From Alphaproteobacteria bacterium (GTDB lineage Bacteria > Pseudomonadota > Alphaproteobacteria > JAAXGF01): a stretch of DNA of 64,000 bases. The translations under genes were made by a program, and so were the position numbers. Below the pieces are notes generated by a model that made no database searches, was not told the origin of the DNA, and saw only the letters and a list, made by a program, of their open reading frames with translations. Shown piece after piece: positions 1-9,206 of this stretch (position 1 is its first letter; the number at the start of each line of letters is the position of its first letter). The stretch covers positions 960,001 to 1,024,000 of the forward strand of contig CAUVXB020000002.1 in NCBI GenBank assembly GCA_963555825.3, written 5' to 3'.

Positions 1-117
1 GTCGAGGAGGATGACGACACCGATAATCTGATCGAGGACGTATCGGAGCTTGGCGAGGACGATGACGTCGTGGCGGAAGCTGTCGCCGCGTCGCCCAAGG
101 ACGACGGCGAACGCTGA
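1..117 (+). CDS. 3' end of acidic protein, probably TIGR02300/FYDLN-acid family (partial)
   Basis: Frame 1 reads VEEDDDTDNLIEDVSELGEDDDVVAEAVAASPKDDGER*; the acidic tail and position just before tRNA-Ala fit the usual alphaproteobacterial arrangement. Confidence 0.6.
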   Translation, partial: VEEDDDTDNLIEDVSELGEDDDVVAEAVAASPKDDGER

Positions 118-228
118 TCGGTGGTATTTAGCTCGACCGTCGCGCTCGTTTTTCGCTTGCGTCGCCCGGGCGGCGTTCCTACGTTGTCGCCCGGCCACCC
201 AGCGGGGCGGCCGAAGCCGGGATATTTC

Positions 229-304
<76 letters not shown>

Positions 305-313
305 AGACGTCGA

Positions 314-343
314 GGGGCTAGCCCGTAATAGGCTAGCCCCTTC
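314..343 (+). terminator. GC-rich hairpin after tRNA-Ala, possible terminator
   Basis: GGGGCTAGCC (314-323) / GGCTAGCCCC (331-340) perfect 10-bp stem; only a weak T tail. Confidence 0.5.
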
Positions 344-393
344 GGCATTCGGGCGCCGGATCGGCGATCGCGCCGGTCCGCCAGGGCGCCCGT

Positions 394-745
394 TCATGGC
401 GCCAGGAGGTCGCGCAGGACGCGTGCGTCGTCCGAGGTGATCGCGCCGAGCGCTGACGGCGGCGTCCCGACGCCCGGCAGGACGAGCGGATCGGCCTTCT
501 GCACCTTGCGCACCACGACGGGGCGGATGCCGCCGTTGAAATGGGCGTTCATCGCGTGGATGAACTCGTTGGCGATCAGGGCATATCCGGTGTTGGTCGG
601 GTGGACGCCATCGAGCGAGAAGGCACCACCGAGGAAATCGGTGGTGATGCGCCGGCCGCCGACGACGACGCCGGCGAAGTCGACGAAATTGAGGAAGGTG
701 TGGATATCGACGAGCGCCGCGTCGACCGCCTCGGCCCGTCGGCTG
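394..745 (-). pseudogene. C-terminal fragment of SGNH/GDSL lipase-esterase
   Basis: FSLDGVHPTNTGYALIANEF contains the SGNH block V DxxH motif; no upstream GDSL block or credible start; 5' boundary approximate. Confidence 0.65.
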
Positions 746-922
746 GGAGCCGTCCACCGCATCATGACCGGCATTCCGAGGATTCGCTCCGCGCATAGAT
801 TCTTCCATCGAGGTTCGCTAAACTCGACGCCAGGGAGGCTTGTAATGGAGCGCCACCTCGCAGCCATACTCGTTGCCGATGTGACCGGCTACAGCCGCCG
901 CCGCGGATCGCGGAGTTCATTC

Positions 923-1786
923 ATGCGCCGACTGTTCACCATCTTGCTGCTTGCCTTGACGATTCTGCCGGCGTCGACGATGGCCGATGTCGGCGACGTC
1001 ACCAACGACACGGTCATCGCGCTGCTTCGCGCCGGCCTGAGCGACGAGGCGATCGTCGCGGTCGTCGATCGACCACACACCGATTTCGATGTCGAGCCAG
1101 AGGCGCTCATCCGCCTGCGCGAGGAGGGGCTGAGCAACGCCGTCATCGTGGCGATCATCGCCGCCGAGAGGCGCGCGCGGCCAGCCGAAACACCGTCAGT
1201 GGCCGTGCCGCCAGTGGCCGTCGAACTCCCCGTCGTCAGATTCGAGCTGATGTTCTGGGATTCGATCAAGCACAGCACCAGCGCCGCCGATTACGAGGCC
1301 TATCTGCTGCAATATCCTTACGGTCATGTCACCGTGCTCGCGGTGGCGCGGCTCGAGACGATGCGCGAGCGGGCGGCGGCCCCCGCGGCGGCGCCGTCGG
1401 GCGTGTCGTCGACCGCCTGGCCCGATGCACCGATGTCAAAGACGCGGCTTGAGGCGCCGGCGCAGGTGGTTCCCGCCGCGCCGCTGACCGAAGGTCAGCT
1501 CATGCGGGACGGCGGACTGATGGCGGCAGTCTCGGGATTCGCCGAGGCGAAGTACCGTTTCGAAATCGAGACGTTCACGCGCATGCGAATCGTCGTCCAA
1601 TCGAACACCCGGGTGGTGATCGAGACGAGCTATCTGTGGGGCAACGACGACACCAACGGCCGCACGGGACGCGGCATGGTGACCCTGCGCCGGAACGCGT
1701 CGTCGTACCAGGTCGTCGGCTTCGAAAGCCACTACCCGACGTCGATTCAGCTTTACAGGTTCGATCACGGCGCCTCGGGGATTTAG
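923..1786 (+). CDS. exported hypothetical protein
   Basis: Signal-peptide-like MRRLFTILLLALTILPASTMA; TNDTVIALLRAGLSDEAIV helical domain; FWDSIK..DYEAYLLQYPYG motif; start trimmed from ORF 437..1786. Confidence 0.7.
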   Translation: MRRLFTILLLALTILPASTMADVGDVTNDTVIALLRAGLSDEAIVAVVDRPHTDFDVEPEALIRLREEGLSNAVIVAIIAAERRARPAETPSVAVPPVAVELPVVRFELMFWDSIKHSTSAADYEAYLLQYPYGHVTVLAVARLETMRERAAAPAAAPSGVSSTAWPDAPMSKTRLEAPAQVVPAAPLTEGQLMRDGGLMAAVSGFAEAKYRFEIETFTRMRIVVQSNTRVVIETSYLWGNDDTNGRTGRGMVTLRRNASSYQVVGFESHYPTSIQLYRFDHGASGI

Positions 1787-1951
1787 CGACACCTCGAAAC
1801 TGGCGCCCAAATGGCAACCCGACGTCAATCGCTCGAATTTGGCGGGCCGGAATACATGCTGAACGGCAGCATCTTCTTCGAAGCGTTGTCGCCCAAGACG
1901 GCGCAGAAGTATCAGGAACTGCGTAACCAGGTTCAGGCCGGAGGTTACACG

Positions 1952-4066
1952 CTAGGCCTCGTCGGCGCGGGCCATTCTAAGCAGCACGTCGAGCGCCACG
2001 ACGCCGTCCGGCAACACCACGAGCGGATTGATGTCGAGCTCGGCGAGTTCCGCGCGGTGCGCCTCGGCGAACCGGGCAACCGCCAGCACGGCCTCGATCA
2101 GCGCGTCCCTGTCGCCCGGCGGCCGGCCCCGATAGCCGTCGAGCAGCGCGGCGACCCTGAGCGATGCGATCGCATCGGCCACCGCCGTGCGATCGGTCGG
2201 CAGCAATAGCGTGCGCGCATCGCCGACCAGCTCGACCAAAGTGCCGCCGCTGGCCAGCACCAGGACCTGGCCGAACTGGACATCGTGCTTGACGCCGACC
2301 AGCAGCTCGGCGATCGGCTCGGCGATCATGCGCTCGACGAGGAAGGCATCGGCGGCGATGCCGGGGGCATGCCTGGCGACCGACGCCGTGATGGCCTCGA
2401 CGGCCGCGACGACCGCACCGGAACCGTCGAGCCCGAGGCGGACGGCGCCGGCCTCGGTCTTGTGCGCCAGATCGGCGCTGACCAGCTTGACGGCGACCGG
2501 ATAACCGAGCGCGTCGGCCGCGGCGGGCGCGTCTCGCGCGCTGGTCAGGCGTCCGTCGGGCACCGGGACGCCGGCCGCCGCGATGCGTTGTTTGCCGTGC
2601 CATTCGTCGAGCAGCGCGAGGGCGCCATTCAGCGCGGGCACCGGCGGAAGACGCAAGCTTTCGGCGTCTTCAGGAGACCTTAGGCCGGCGCGGCGCATGC
2701 CGAAGCTGGTGGCGCCGGCGATAACGGCGAGTGCCTCGCCATGTCCCTGCAGGGGCGCGACGCCCGCGGCAATCATCGTATCGCGGGTTTCCTCGTCGAT
2801 GGTCTCCGGTAGCGCGGTACAGATCGCCGCCGGAATTCCCGCCGCGCGGGTCGCCGCGACGAACGCGCGGACATCCGCCAGATAGGGCACATAGCTCTCG
2901 CCGGCATGGCGGGTCGGGTAATCCTGGGCCATTAGCGCGGCGTCATAGGGGTCGCGGAACATGTCGGTGAACAGCGCTGTCAACGGCGCCTCGTGGACCC
3001 ACAGCGGCGTCGTGTAGTCGAGCGGGTTCGACACCGTGGCGATCGGCGGCAGTTGCGCCGCCAATCGCTCGGCGACGTCGGGCGAGGGTTGCGGGAACGC
3101 GACGCCGGCCCGCGCGCCGCCGTCGGCGAGCATCGTCGAATCGCCGCCCGAACAGGTCAGCGCCGCGACGCGGCGGCCCTTCGGCGCGCCGGCGACGGTC
3201 AGCATGGTGAGCGTGTCGAGCAGCGCGGCCGGCGAGCTCACCCGGACCACGCCCAGGCGGTCGAACAGCGCCTGGTACTGCGCGTCGGCGCCGGCCAGCG
3301 AACCCGTATGGGTGACCGTTAAGCGCGCGCCGATGTCCGAGGTTCCGGCCTTCTGGACGACGATCGGGATACCCGCGACCAGCGCCGCGATCGCCACGTC
3401 GGCGAAGCGCGGCACGTCGCGCAGCGCCTCGACATAGAGCCCGATCGCCGAAACCGCGGGGTCCTCGATCAGCACCTCGAGATAGTCCTCGATGCCGAGC
3501 ATCGCCTGGTTGCCGGCGCTGATGACATAGGCGAAGGGCAGCGCGCGCCGGTTGAGCGTCAGGGTGTTGCCCAGCATGCCGCTTTGGCTGACGAAGGCGA
3601 CGCCGCGCTCGACCCGTCCGCCGCCGTGATCGAAGGGCCAGAGCGCGGCGCCGGCGACGAAGTTAATGAGGCCCGAGCAGTTGGGCCCGACGAGCGCGAG
3701 ATCGCCCGCCGCGGCGACCAGCGCGCGCTCGTGCGCGGCGCCGTCCTCGCCGGTTTCGCCGAAGCCGGCGGTGTAGCCGACCACGCCGCCGGCGCCGATC
3801 CGGCGCAAGGCATCGACGGTCTCGGCCGCGGCCTCGCGCGGCACCGCCAGGAAGACCGCGTCGGGTGGCTCGGGCAGGTCCTCGATGCGGGCGAAACAGG
3901 GCTGGCCGGCGAGCTGGTTGCGGCGCGGGTTGACGCCCCAGATGGGCCCCTCGAAGCCGCCGGCGACGCATTGCTCGACGGCGAGCGCCGCGCCGGCGCC
4001 GCCGATGAACGCGACGTGGCGCGGCGCGAGCAGGCGCTTGAGGTTGGCGCGCTGGCCGGGCGTCAT
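1952..4066 (-). CDS. acetate--CoA ligase family (NDP-forming acyl-CoA synthetase, fused alpha/beta)
   Basis: CoA-binding N-terminus LLAPRHVAFIG, GPNCSG, SQSG, HTGSLAG phospho-His motif, ATP-grasp HKTEAGAV and ELDINPL; ATGA overlap with upstream gene. Confidence 0.9.
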   Translation of the reverse strand: MTPGQRANLKRLLAPRHVAFIGGAGAALAVEQCVAGGFEGPIWGVNPRRNQLAGQPCFARIEDLPEPPDAVFLAVPREAAAETVDALRRIGAGGVVGYTAGFGETGEDGAAHERALVAAAGDLALVGPNCSGLINFVAGAALWPFDHGGGRVERGVAFVSQSGMLGNTLTLNRRALPFAYVISAGNQAMLGIEDYLEVLIEDPAVSAIGLYVEALRDVPRFADVAIAALVAGIPIVVQKAGTSDIGARLTVTHTGSLAGADAQYQALFDRLGVVRVSSPAALLDTLTMLTVAGAPKGRRVAALTCSGGDSTMLADGGARAGVAFPQPSPDVAERLAAQLPPIATVSNPLDYTTPLWVHEAPLTALFTDMFRDPYDAALMAQDYPTRHAGESYVPYLADVRAFVAATRAAGIPAAICTALPETIDEETRDTMIAAGVAPLQGHGEALAVIAGATSFGMRRAGLRSPEDAESLRLPPVPALNGALALLDEWHGKQRIAAAGVPVPDGRLTSARDAPAAADALGYPVAVKLVSADLAHKTEAGAVRLGLDGSGAVVAAVEAITASVARHAPGIAADAFLVERMIAEPIAELLVGVKHDVQFGQVLVLASGGTLVELVGDARTLLLPTDRTAVADAIASLRVAALLDGYRGRPPGDRDALIEAVLAVARFAEAHRAELAELDINPLVVLPDGVVALDVLLRMARADEA

Positions 4067-5223
4067 CCGCCGAGCGGCCGCAACAGCGCGCGGGCGATGA
4101 TGTGGCGCTGGATTTCCGAGGTGCCGTCCCAGATGCGTTCGAGCCTCGGATCGCGCCACAGCCGCTCGATCGGCAGCTCCTCCATCAGACCCATGCCGCC
4201 GAAGATCTGCACCGTGTTGTCGGCCGCCCGGCCGAGCGCTTCCGAGGCGAACAGCTTGGCCATGGCCGCATCCTCGGGTGCCATGACGCCGCGGTCGGCC
4301 TTCTCGGCGGCGCTCATGACCAGAAGGTCGGCGGCGTTGAGCTCGGTCGCCATGTCAGCGAGTTTGAACGAGACGCCCTGGAAGCGCCCGATCGTCTGGC
4401 CGAACTGCTTGCGTGTCGCCGCCCAGTCGGTCGCGAGCCCCAAGAGGCGCTCCATCTTGCCGCAGCATCCCGCGCCGACCCAGACGCGGCCCATCCTGAG
4501 CCAGGTGTCGGCGAGCTCGAGTCCCTTGCCCTCCTCGCCGAGGATCTGGCCGGCGTTCACGCGGCAGTCGTCGAAGCCGAGCTGGTGGGTGTGGTAGGCG
4601 CGCTGACTGACGGCGCGCGGGCCGCGCCTGAGATCGAAGCCGGCCGTGCCGCGATCGACCAGGAAGGCGGTCACCCGCTTGCGCTCGCCGCGCGGCGTCT
4701 CGTCGACCCCGGTGACGGCGAAGACGATGGCGAAGTCGGGCAGCCGGTGCAGGCTGATGAAATGCTTGGCGCCGTTGATCACATAATCGCCGCCGTCGCG
4801 CACTGCGCGGGTCGCCATCGACATGATGTCGGAGCCGGCGCCGGGCTCGGTCAGGGCGAAGCACTCGGTCTTCTCGCCGCGCACGCAAGGCTCGAGATAG
4901 CGCGCGATCTGATCGCCCTGGCAGGCGAGCAGGATCTCCGAGGGTCGGTGAACGAATCCATTCAGGGCGTGGGTGACCTTGCCCAGCTCACGCTCCATCA
5001 GCGCGAGGCTCGTATAGTCCAGGCCGCCGCCGCCGACCGCCTCGGGCAGGTTGGCGGCGTAGAAGCCCATCTCGATGGCCTTCCGCGCGATGCGTTCGCC
5101 GAGTTCGTCGGGCACCTCGGCGGCGCGGTCGACCGCGTCTTCGTGGGGATAGATTTCCTCTTCGAGGAACGCGCGCACGGACTCGATCAGCATGCGTTGT
5201 TCGTCGCTCGGCTCGAAGTTCAT
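4063..5223 (-). CDS. acyl-CoA dehydrogenase
   Basis: FALTEPGAGSD, INGAKHFIS, RKQFGQTIGRFQGVSFKLADM, QIFGGMG, IWDGTSEIQR motifs; start MNFEPSDEQ. Confidence 0.93.
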   Translation of the reverse strand: MNFEPSDEQRMLIESVRAFLEEEIYPHEDAVDRAAEVPDELGERIARKAIEMGFYAANLPEAVGGGGLDYTSLALMERELGKVTHALNGFVHRPSEILLACQGDQIARYLEPCVRGEKTECFALTEPGAGSDIMSMATRAVRDGGDYVINGAKHFISLHRLPDFAIVFAVTGVDETPRGERKRVTAFLVDRGTAGFDLRRGPRAVSQRAYHTHQLGFDDCRVNAGQILGEEGKGLELADTWLRMGRVWVGAGCCGKMERLLGLATDWAATRKQFGQTIGRFQGVSFKLADMATELNAADLLVMSAAEKADRGVMAPEDAAMAKLFASEALGRAADNTVQIFGGMGLMEELPIERLWRDPRLERIWDGTSEIQRHIIARALLRPLGG

Positions 5224-5353
5224 CGGGCCTCCCCACCGCCCACTCGATTCCGCGTGTCCGACATGACACCAAAATTCCGCTTGCCGGTTACCGCAGATAT
5301 TGAACAAGTATGCAAGAGAAACGGTTGCCAACCAATCGAAGGAGGCCTTTCGG

Positions 5354-6166
5354 ATGCCACAGGCGAACGAGGACGTAAAGGTCGCGAGACGCGGCCGGGT
5401 CTTGGAGATCACGCTCGACCGGCCAAAGGTCAACGCCATCGACCTCGAGACCAGCCGGTTGCTCGGCGAGGCCTTCGTCATGCTGCGCGACGATCCCGAG
5501 CTGCGCGTCGGCATCATCACCGGCGGCGGCGAGAAGATATTTTCGGCCGGCTGGGACCTCAAGGCGGTCGACAGCGCCGGCACCCAGCTCGACGAATGGT
5601 GGGAGGGCGAGGACGCCAGCCTCGGCGGCTTCGCCGGGCTCACCGAGATGTGGAACCTACACAAGCCGGTGATCGCCGCGCTCAACGGGCTCGCCATCGG
5701 CGGCGGCCTCGAGCTGGCGCTCGCCTGCGACCTGATCGTCGCCGCCGATCACGTCGCGTTCGCGCTGCCCGAGCTGCCCATGGGCATCGTGCCCGACGCC
5801 GGCGCCATCCAGCGCCTGCCGCGCCGTCTGCCCTACAACATCGCGCTCGAGATGCTGTTGCTCGGCCGGCGCATGCCGGCGGCCGAGGCGGCGCATCACG
5901 GCCTGGTCAACCTCGTCGTGCCGGCGGCCGAGCTGATGGACAAGGCGCGCGAATGGGCCGACCAGCTCGCCGATGCCGCGCCGCTCGCCGTGCAGACGAT
6001 CAAGGAGGTGCTGCGCGCGATCGAGGCCGAATCGATCGAGGGCGCGTTCCACACCATGCGCACCGGCGAGTTACCGATCTACCGCAAGATGCTGCGCTCG
6101 GAAGACGCCAAGGAGGGTGTCCGCGCGTTCGTCGAGAAGCGCAAGGCCGTCTTCCACGGCCGCTGA
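5354..6166 (+). CDS. enoyl-CoA hydratase, carnitinyl/crotonobetainyl-CoA (CaiD-like)
   Basis: LEITLDRPKVNAID, FSAGWDLKA, GGFAGLTE, KPVIAALNGLAIGGG crotonase motifs; GGAGG RBS. Confidence 0.88.
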   Translation: MPQANEDVKVARRGRVLEITLDRPKVNAIDLETSRLLGEAFVMLRDDPELRVGIITGGGEKIFSAGWDLKAVDSAGTQLDEWWEGEDASLGGFAGLTEMWNLHKPVIAALNGLAIGGGLELALACDLIVAADHVAFALPELPMGIVPDAGAIQRLPRRLPYNIALEMLLLGRRMPAAEAAHHGLVNLVVPAAELMDKAREWADQLADAAPLAVQTIKEVLRAIEAESIEGAFHTMRTGELPIYRKMLRSEDAKEGVRAFVEKRKAVFHGR

Positions 6167-6206
6167 TCGCGTACCGCTCCCGCCTGAGGACAATCGAGGG
6201 AACGAC

Positions 6207-7148
6207 ATGGCAAGAAATGCACCGAACGACATCCGGCGGGTCGCCAGCATCGGGGCGGGCCCGATCGGCGGCGGCTGGGCGGCATTCTTCCTGGCGCGCG
6301 GCTACGACGTCGCCATCTACCTGCACGAGGCGGCCGAGGCGGCGCCGCTGCGCCGCCTGATCGACACCGCCTGGGCGAGCCTCGAGGCGATCGGCCTGGC
6401 CGACGGCGCGTCGCGCGACCGGCTGCGGCTCACCACCGATCTGGCCGATGCCGTCGCCGACGCCGAATTCGTCCAGGAAAGCACGCCCGAGAACCTCGTG
6501 CTCAAGCAGGAACTCTACGCGCGGCTGGGCGAGGTGGTGCCGGCCGACGTGGTCATCGCCTCGAGCACGTCGGGCTTCATGATGAGCGACATCCAGGCGC
6601 GCTGCCCGAGCCCTGAGCGCACCGTCGTCGGCCACCCCTTCAATCCGCCCTATCTGATGCCGCTGGTCGAGATCGCCGGCGGCGCGCGAACTGCGCCCGA
6701 CACGGTCGCCTGGGTCGCCGAGTTCTACCGCGCCTGCGGCAAGTCGCCGCTGGTCATGGCCAAGGAGGTGCCCGGCTTCGTCGCGACGCGGCTGCAGGAG
6801 GCGCTGTGGCGCGAGGCGCTGCACATGGTCGCCAACGGCGAGGCCACGGTCGAGCAGATCGACCAAGCGGTGGTCAACGGCCCGGGGCCGCGCTGGGCAT
6901 TCATGGGGCCGTGCCTGACCTTCCACGTCGGCGGCGGCGAGGGCGGCATGGCGTCGACCCTCGACCAGTTCGGCCCGGCGCTGAAGTTCCCCTGGACCCG
7001 GCTCGAGGCGCCCGAACTGACGGCGGAGCTGCGTGATCGTATGGTCGCGGGCTGCGAAGACATGGCCGCCGGGCGCGATTTCGCCACCCTTTCGCGGGAG
7101 ATGAACGCCGGCTTGGTCGCGATCGCCCGAGCCTTGAAGGAGCGTTAA
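6207..7148 (+). CDS. L-carnitine dehydrogenase-like 3-hydroxyacyl-CoA dehydrogenase family protein
   Basis: GAGPIGGGW Rossmann motif, VQESTPE, SSTSG, GHPFNPPYLMPLVE, RLQEALWREALH, QFGPALKFPWTRL. Confidence 0.88.
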   Translation: MARNAPNDIRRVASIGAGPIGGGWAAFFLARGYDVAIYLHEAAEAAPLRRLIDTAWASLEAIGLADGASRDRLRLTTDLADAVADAEFVQESTPENLVLKQELYARLGEVVPADVVIASSTSGFMMSDIQARCPSPERTVVGHPFNPPYLMPLVEIAGGARTAPDTVAWVAEFYRACGKSPLVMAKEVPGFVATRLQEALWREALHMVANGEATVEQIDQAVVNGPGPRWAFMGPCLTFHVGGGEGGMASTLDQFGPALKFPWTRLEAPELTAELRDRMVAGCEDMAAGRDFATLSREMNAGLVAIARALKER

Positions 7149-7187
7149 AAATAGCCGGATGGAACGACCGACCGGGTTCCGACGAAG

Positions 7188-7484
7188 GCTGACCTAGCGC
7201 CGGAAACCGGGCGCAACAGGTCGAAATTTCAAACTCTCCGCCGCCAAGGTCGGCTTACGGGCGTAAAGCGGACACCGCGCCCGATCACGCCGCATGTCCG
7301 GTCATAGCCGAGGCTGCTGAAAAAGTCCTGATAACTCCAATTTGAGCCCGAATTGGCCAAATTTGCGAATTTGAAATTTTCCTAAACCATTGATTTTATT
7401 GAAGTTTAATTTTCGTTGTTTCCGGGAAATCCACGAATTCGGACCCTCAAAAGAGTTCTTCAACACCCTCGGCCATAACCGGAC
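7188..7484. repeat. short array of GTC...GAC palindromic units (same family as 51336-60246)
   Basis: 25-nt unit GTCGGCTTACGGGCGTAAAGCGGAC (7249-7273), 22-nt spacer, 24-nt unit GTCCGGTCATAGC|CATAACCGGAC split by a MITE; degenerate unit ending 7212 lies 36 nt upstream. Confidence 0.75.
7309..7471. mobile_element. MITE with IS1182-type ends
   Basis: Ends CGAGGCTGCTGAAAAAGTC / GAGTTCTTCAACACCCTCG; right end matches the IR of the IS at 51457-53038; AT-rich interior; GC duplication. Confidence 0.75.
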
Positions 7485-7798
7485 ATCCGTACATTCGATT
7501 CAAGCTGCGATCTCCAGGGGGTCGATCCCCAGACCCTATCGCGCCCACAGCGCGGAAAGGCGCGGGCCGGCTGCCCACGACCAGCATATTTATGGTCTGC
7601 GACTTCGGATTATTGAGGCGGATGTCCCCGGCCGGAATTTTGTCCCGAGCTAGCGCCGCAGCTTCCGCAGGACGTGATTTGCAGCACCAAGCAAACCGGC
7701 TTAAGCTGTTTTCTCTTATCGAGTTGCATATGTGAGTCGGACCCGATTTCCTTGGACACAGAATTGGCTTAATCGAAGTGTCCAAGGAGGACCGGAAC

Positions 7799-8209
7799 AT
7801 GACCGACAATTTTGAGAACAAAGTTGCTGTTGATGGGCCTGTGGTAAACGAGGGCGAGCTTGGCTCGTCCACGTTTTCCCCGGGCCAGGTTTCGCCGGCA
7901 GGCCCGCTGGGACTTGGCCAGCGGTGGACGGTGACGCGCAAGCGTGAGGTTGCCCTGCGGCTTTTGCGTGGCGAGCCGGTGGAACTTTTGTCGCGGCAGT
8001 TGGGCGTGGAGATTTTCCGGCTCGAGCAGTGGCGTGAGAAGGCGATCGCCGGGATCGATGCCTCGCTCAAGGAACGCAAGGGCGATCCGGTGAAGGCGGA
8101 ACTGGACATCGCCATGAAGCGGATCGGGGAGTTGATCATGCAGGTGGAACTGCTGGAGGCCAAGACGGAGACGTCCGGCCCTTTGGGGCGGCGGAGGTCG
8201 CGGCGATGA
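7799..8209 (+). CDS. IS OrfA (HTH)
   Basis: RWTVTRKREVALRLLRGE HTH-like segment; ATGA overlap with OrfB. Confidence 0.8.
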   Translation: MTDNFENKVAVDGPVVNEGELGSSTFSPGQVSPAGPLGLGQRWTVTRKREVALRLLRGEPVELLSRQLGVEIFRLEQWREKAIAGIDASLKERKGDPVKAELDIAMKRIGELIMQVELLEAKTETSGPLGRRRSRR

Positions 8210-9117
8210 GTGCCGCCACCTCTCCCGGCACGGGTTTGGCCTACGGCCTCCAGCGGGTCTGTGCGGCCTGGGGTTTTGCCCGTTCCTCGTTCTACGCCAT
8301 GAAATCCCGGCAGCAGGCCACCGCTGAGCGCCCACCAGCAAAGCGCCGGGGACCGAAGCCCTCGATCTCGGACGAGGCTCTGCTGGTGGCCATCGAGGCC
8401 GACCTGGAGGCATCCCCCTGGGAGGGCGAGGGACACCGCAAGGTCTGGGCTCGGCTTCGGGTCTGTCGTGGCATCCGTGTTTCCCGCAAGCGGGGGCTCC
8501 GGGTGATGCGCGAGAACAACCTGCTCTCGCCCCATCGCTGCCGCCGCCGTGGCGGAAATCCCCATGTCGGTGAGATCATCACCCATGCCCCCAACCTCAT
8601 GTGGGGCACGGACGGCGTTCGGGTGTTCACGGTGGACGACGGCTGGGGCTGGATATTCACCGCCATCGAGCATTGGAACGCCGAGTGCGTCGGCTGGCAT
8701 GTGTGCAAGCGAGGCGACCGCTTCGCCGCCCTTCAGCCGATCTCCATGGGGCTTGCGAGGCTGTATGCCTCGACCTCCGCCGGTGCGGCGCGGGGGCTGG
8801 CCTTGCGGATGGATCACGGCTCCCAGTATCTGTCGGACCACTTCACCAACCAGATCAAGTTCTGGGGCATCCAGCCGTCCTACGCCTTCGTCGAACAGCC
8901 CCAGACCAACGGCGTCGCCGAGAGGTTCAATCGCACGCTCAAGGAACAGATCATCCATGGCCGCATCTACCGCAACATCGCGGAGCTGCGGAACGCCGTC
9001 CGCGGGTTCGTCGAACAGTACAATGCCCAGTGGATCGTGGAGAAGAACGGCTACCTGAGCCCCGCTCAAGCTCGTCAGGCGTGGCACACCGCGATGTCAC
9101 TCAGGCCCGCCGCATGA
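8206..9117 (+). CDS. IS OrfB, rve/DDE transposase
   Basis: PNLMWGTD, RMDHGSQY, PQTNGVAERFNRTLKE integrase-core motifs. Confidence 0.92.
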   Translation: MSAATSPGTGLAYGLQRVCAAWGFARSSFYAMKSRQQATAERPPAKRRGPKPSISDEALLVAIEADLEASPWEGEGHRKVWARLRVCRGIRVSRKRGLRVMRENNLLSPHRCRRRGGNPHVGEIITHAPNLMWGTDGVRVFTVDDGWGWIFTAIEHWNAECVGWHVCKRGDRFAALQPISMGLARLYASTSAGAARGLALRMDHGSQYLSDHFTNQIKFWGIQPSYAFVEQPQTNGVAERFNRTLKEQIIHGRIYRNIAELRNAVRGFVEQYNAQWIVEKNGYLSPAQARQAWHTAMSLRPAA

Positions 9118-9206
9118 GACAAACTTGTGTCCAAGGAACCGGGTGCGATACATCGAGTTGCATATGCGAGGTGCTGGGCGAGATTTGATCTGCCAAGGAG
9201 ACGCTG

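Larger units (their letters stand above)
7733..9152 (+). mobile_element. IS3/IS481-like insertion sequence with 14-bp flanking direct repeat
   Basis: TG...CA ends, imperfect IRs sharing CCTTGGACACA; TCGAGTTGCATATG at 7719-7732 and 9153-9166. Confidence 0.9.

Noticed and set aside
437-922. N-terminal part of ORF 437..1786 as real coding sequence
   Set aside because: It is antisense to the SGNH remnant; a signal peptide begins at 923.
1811-1951. Short ORF between the exported protein and the CoA ligase
   Set aside because: Runs antisense into the ligase gene and has no recognisable motif.
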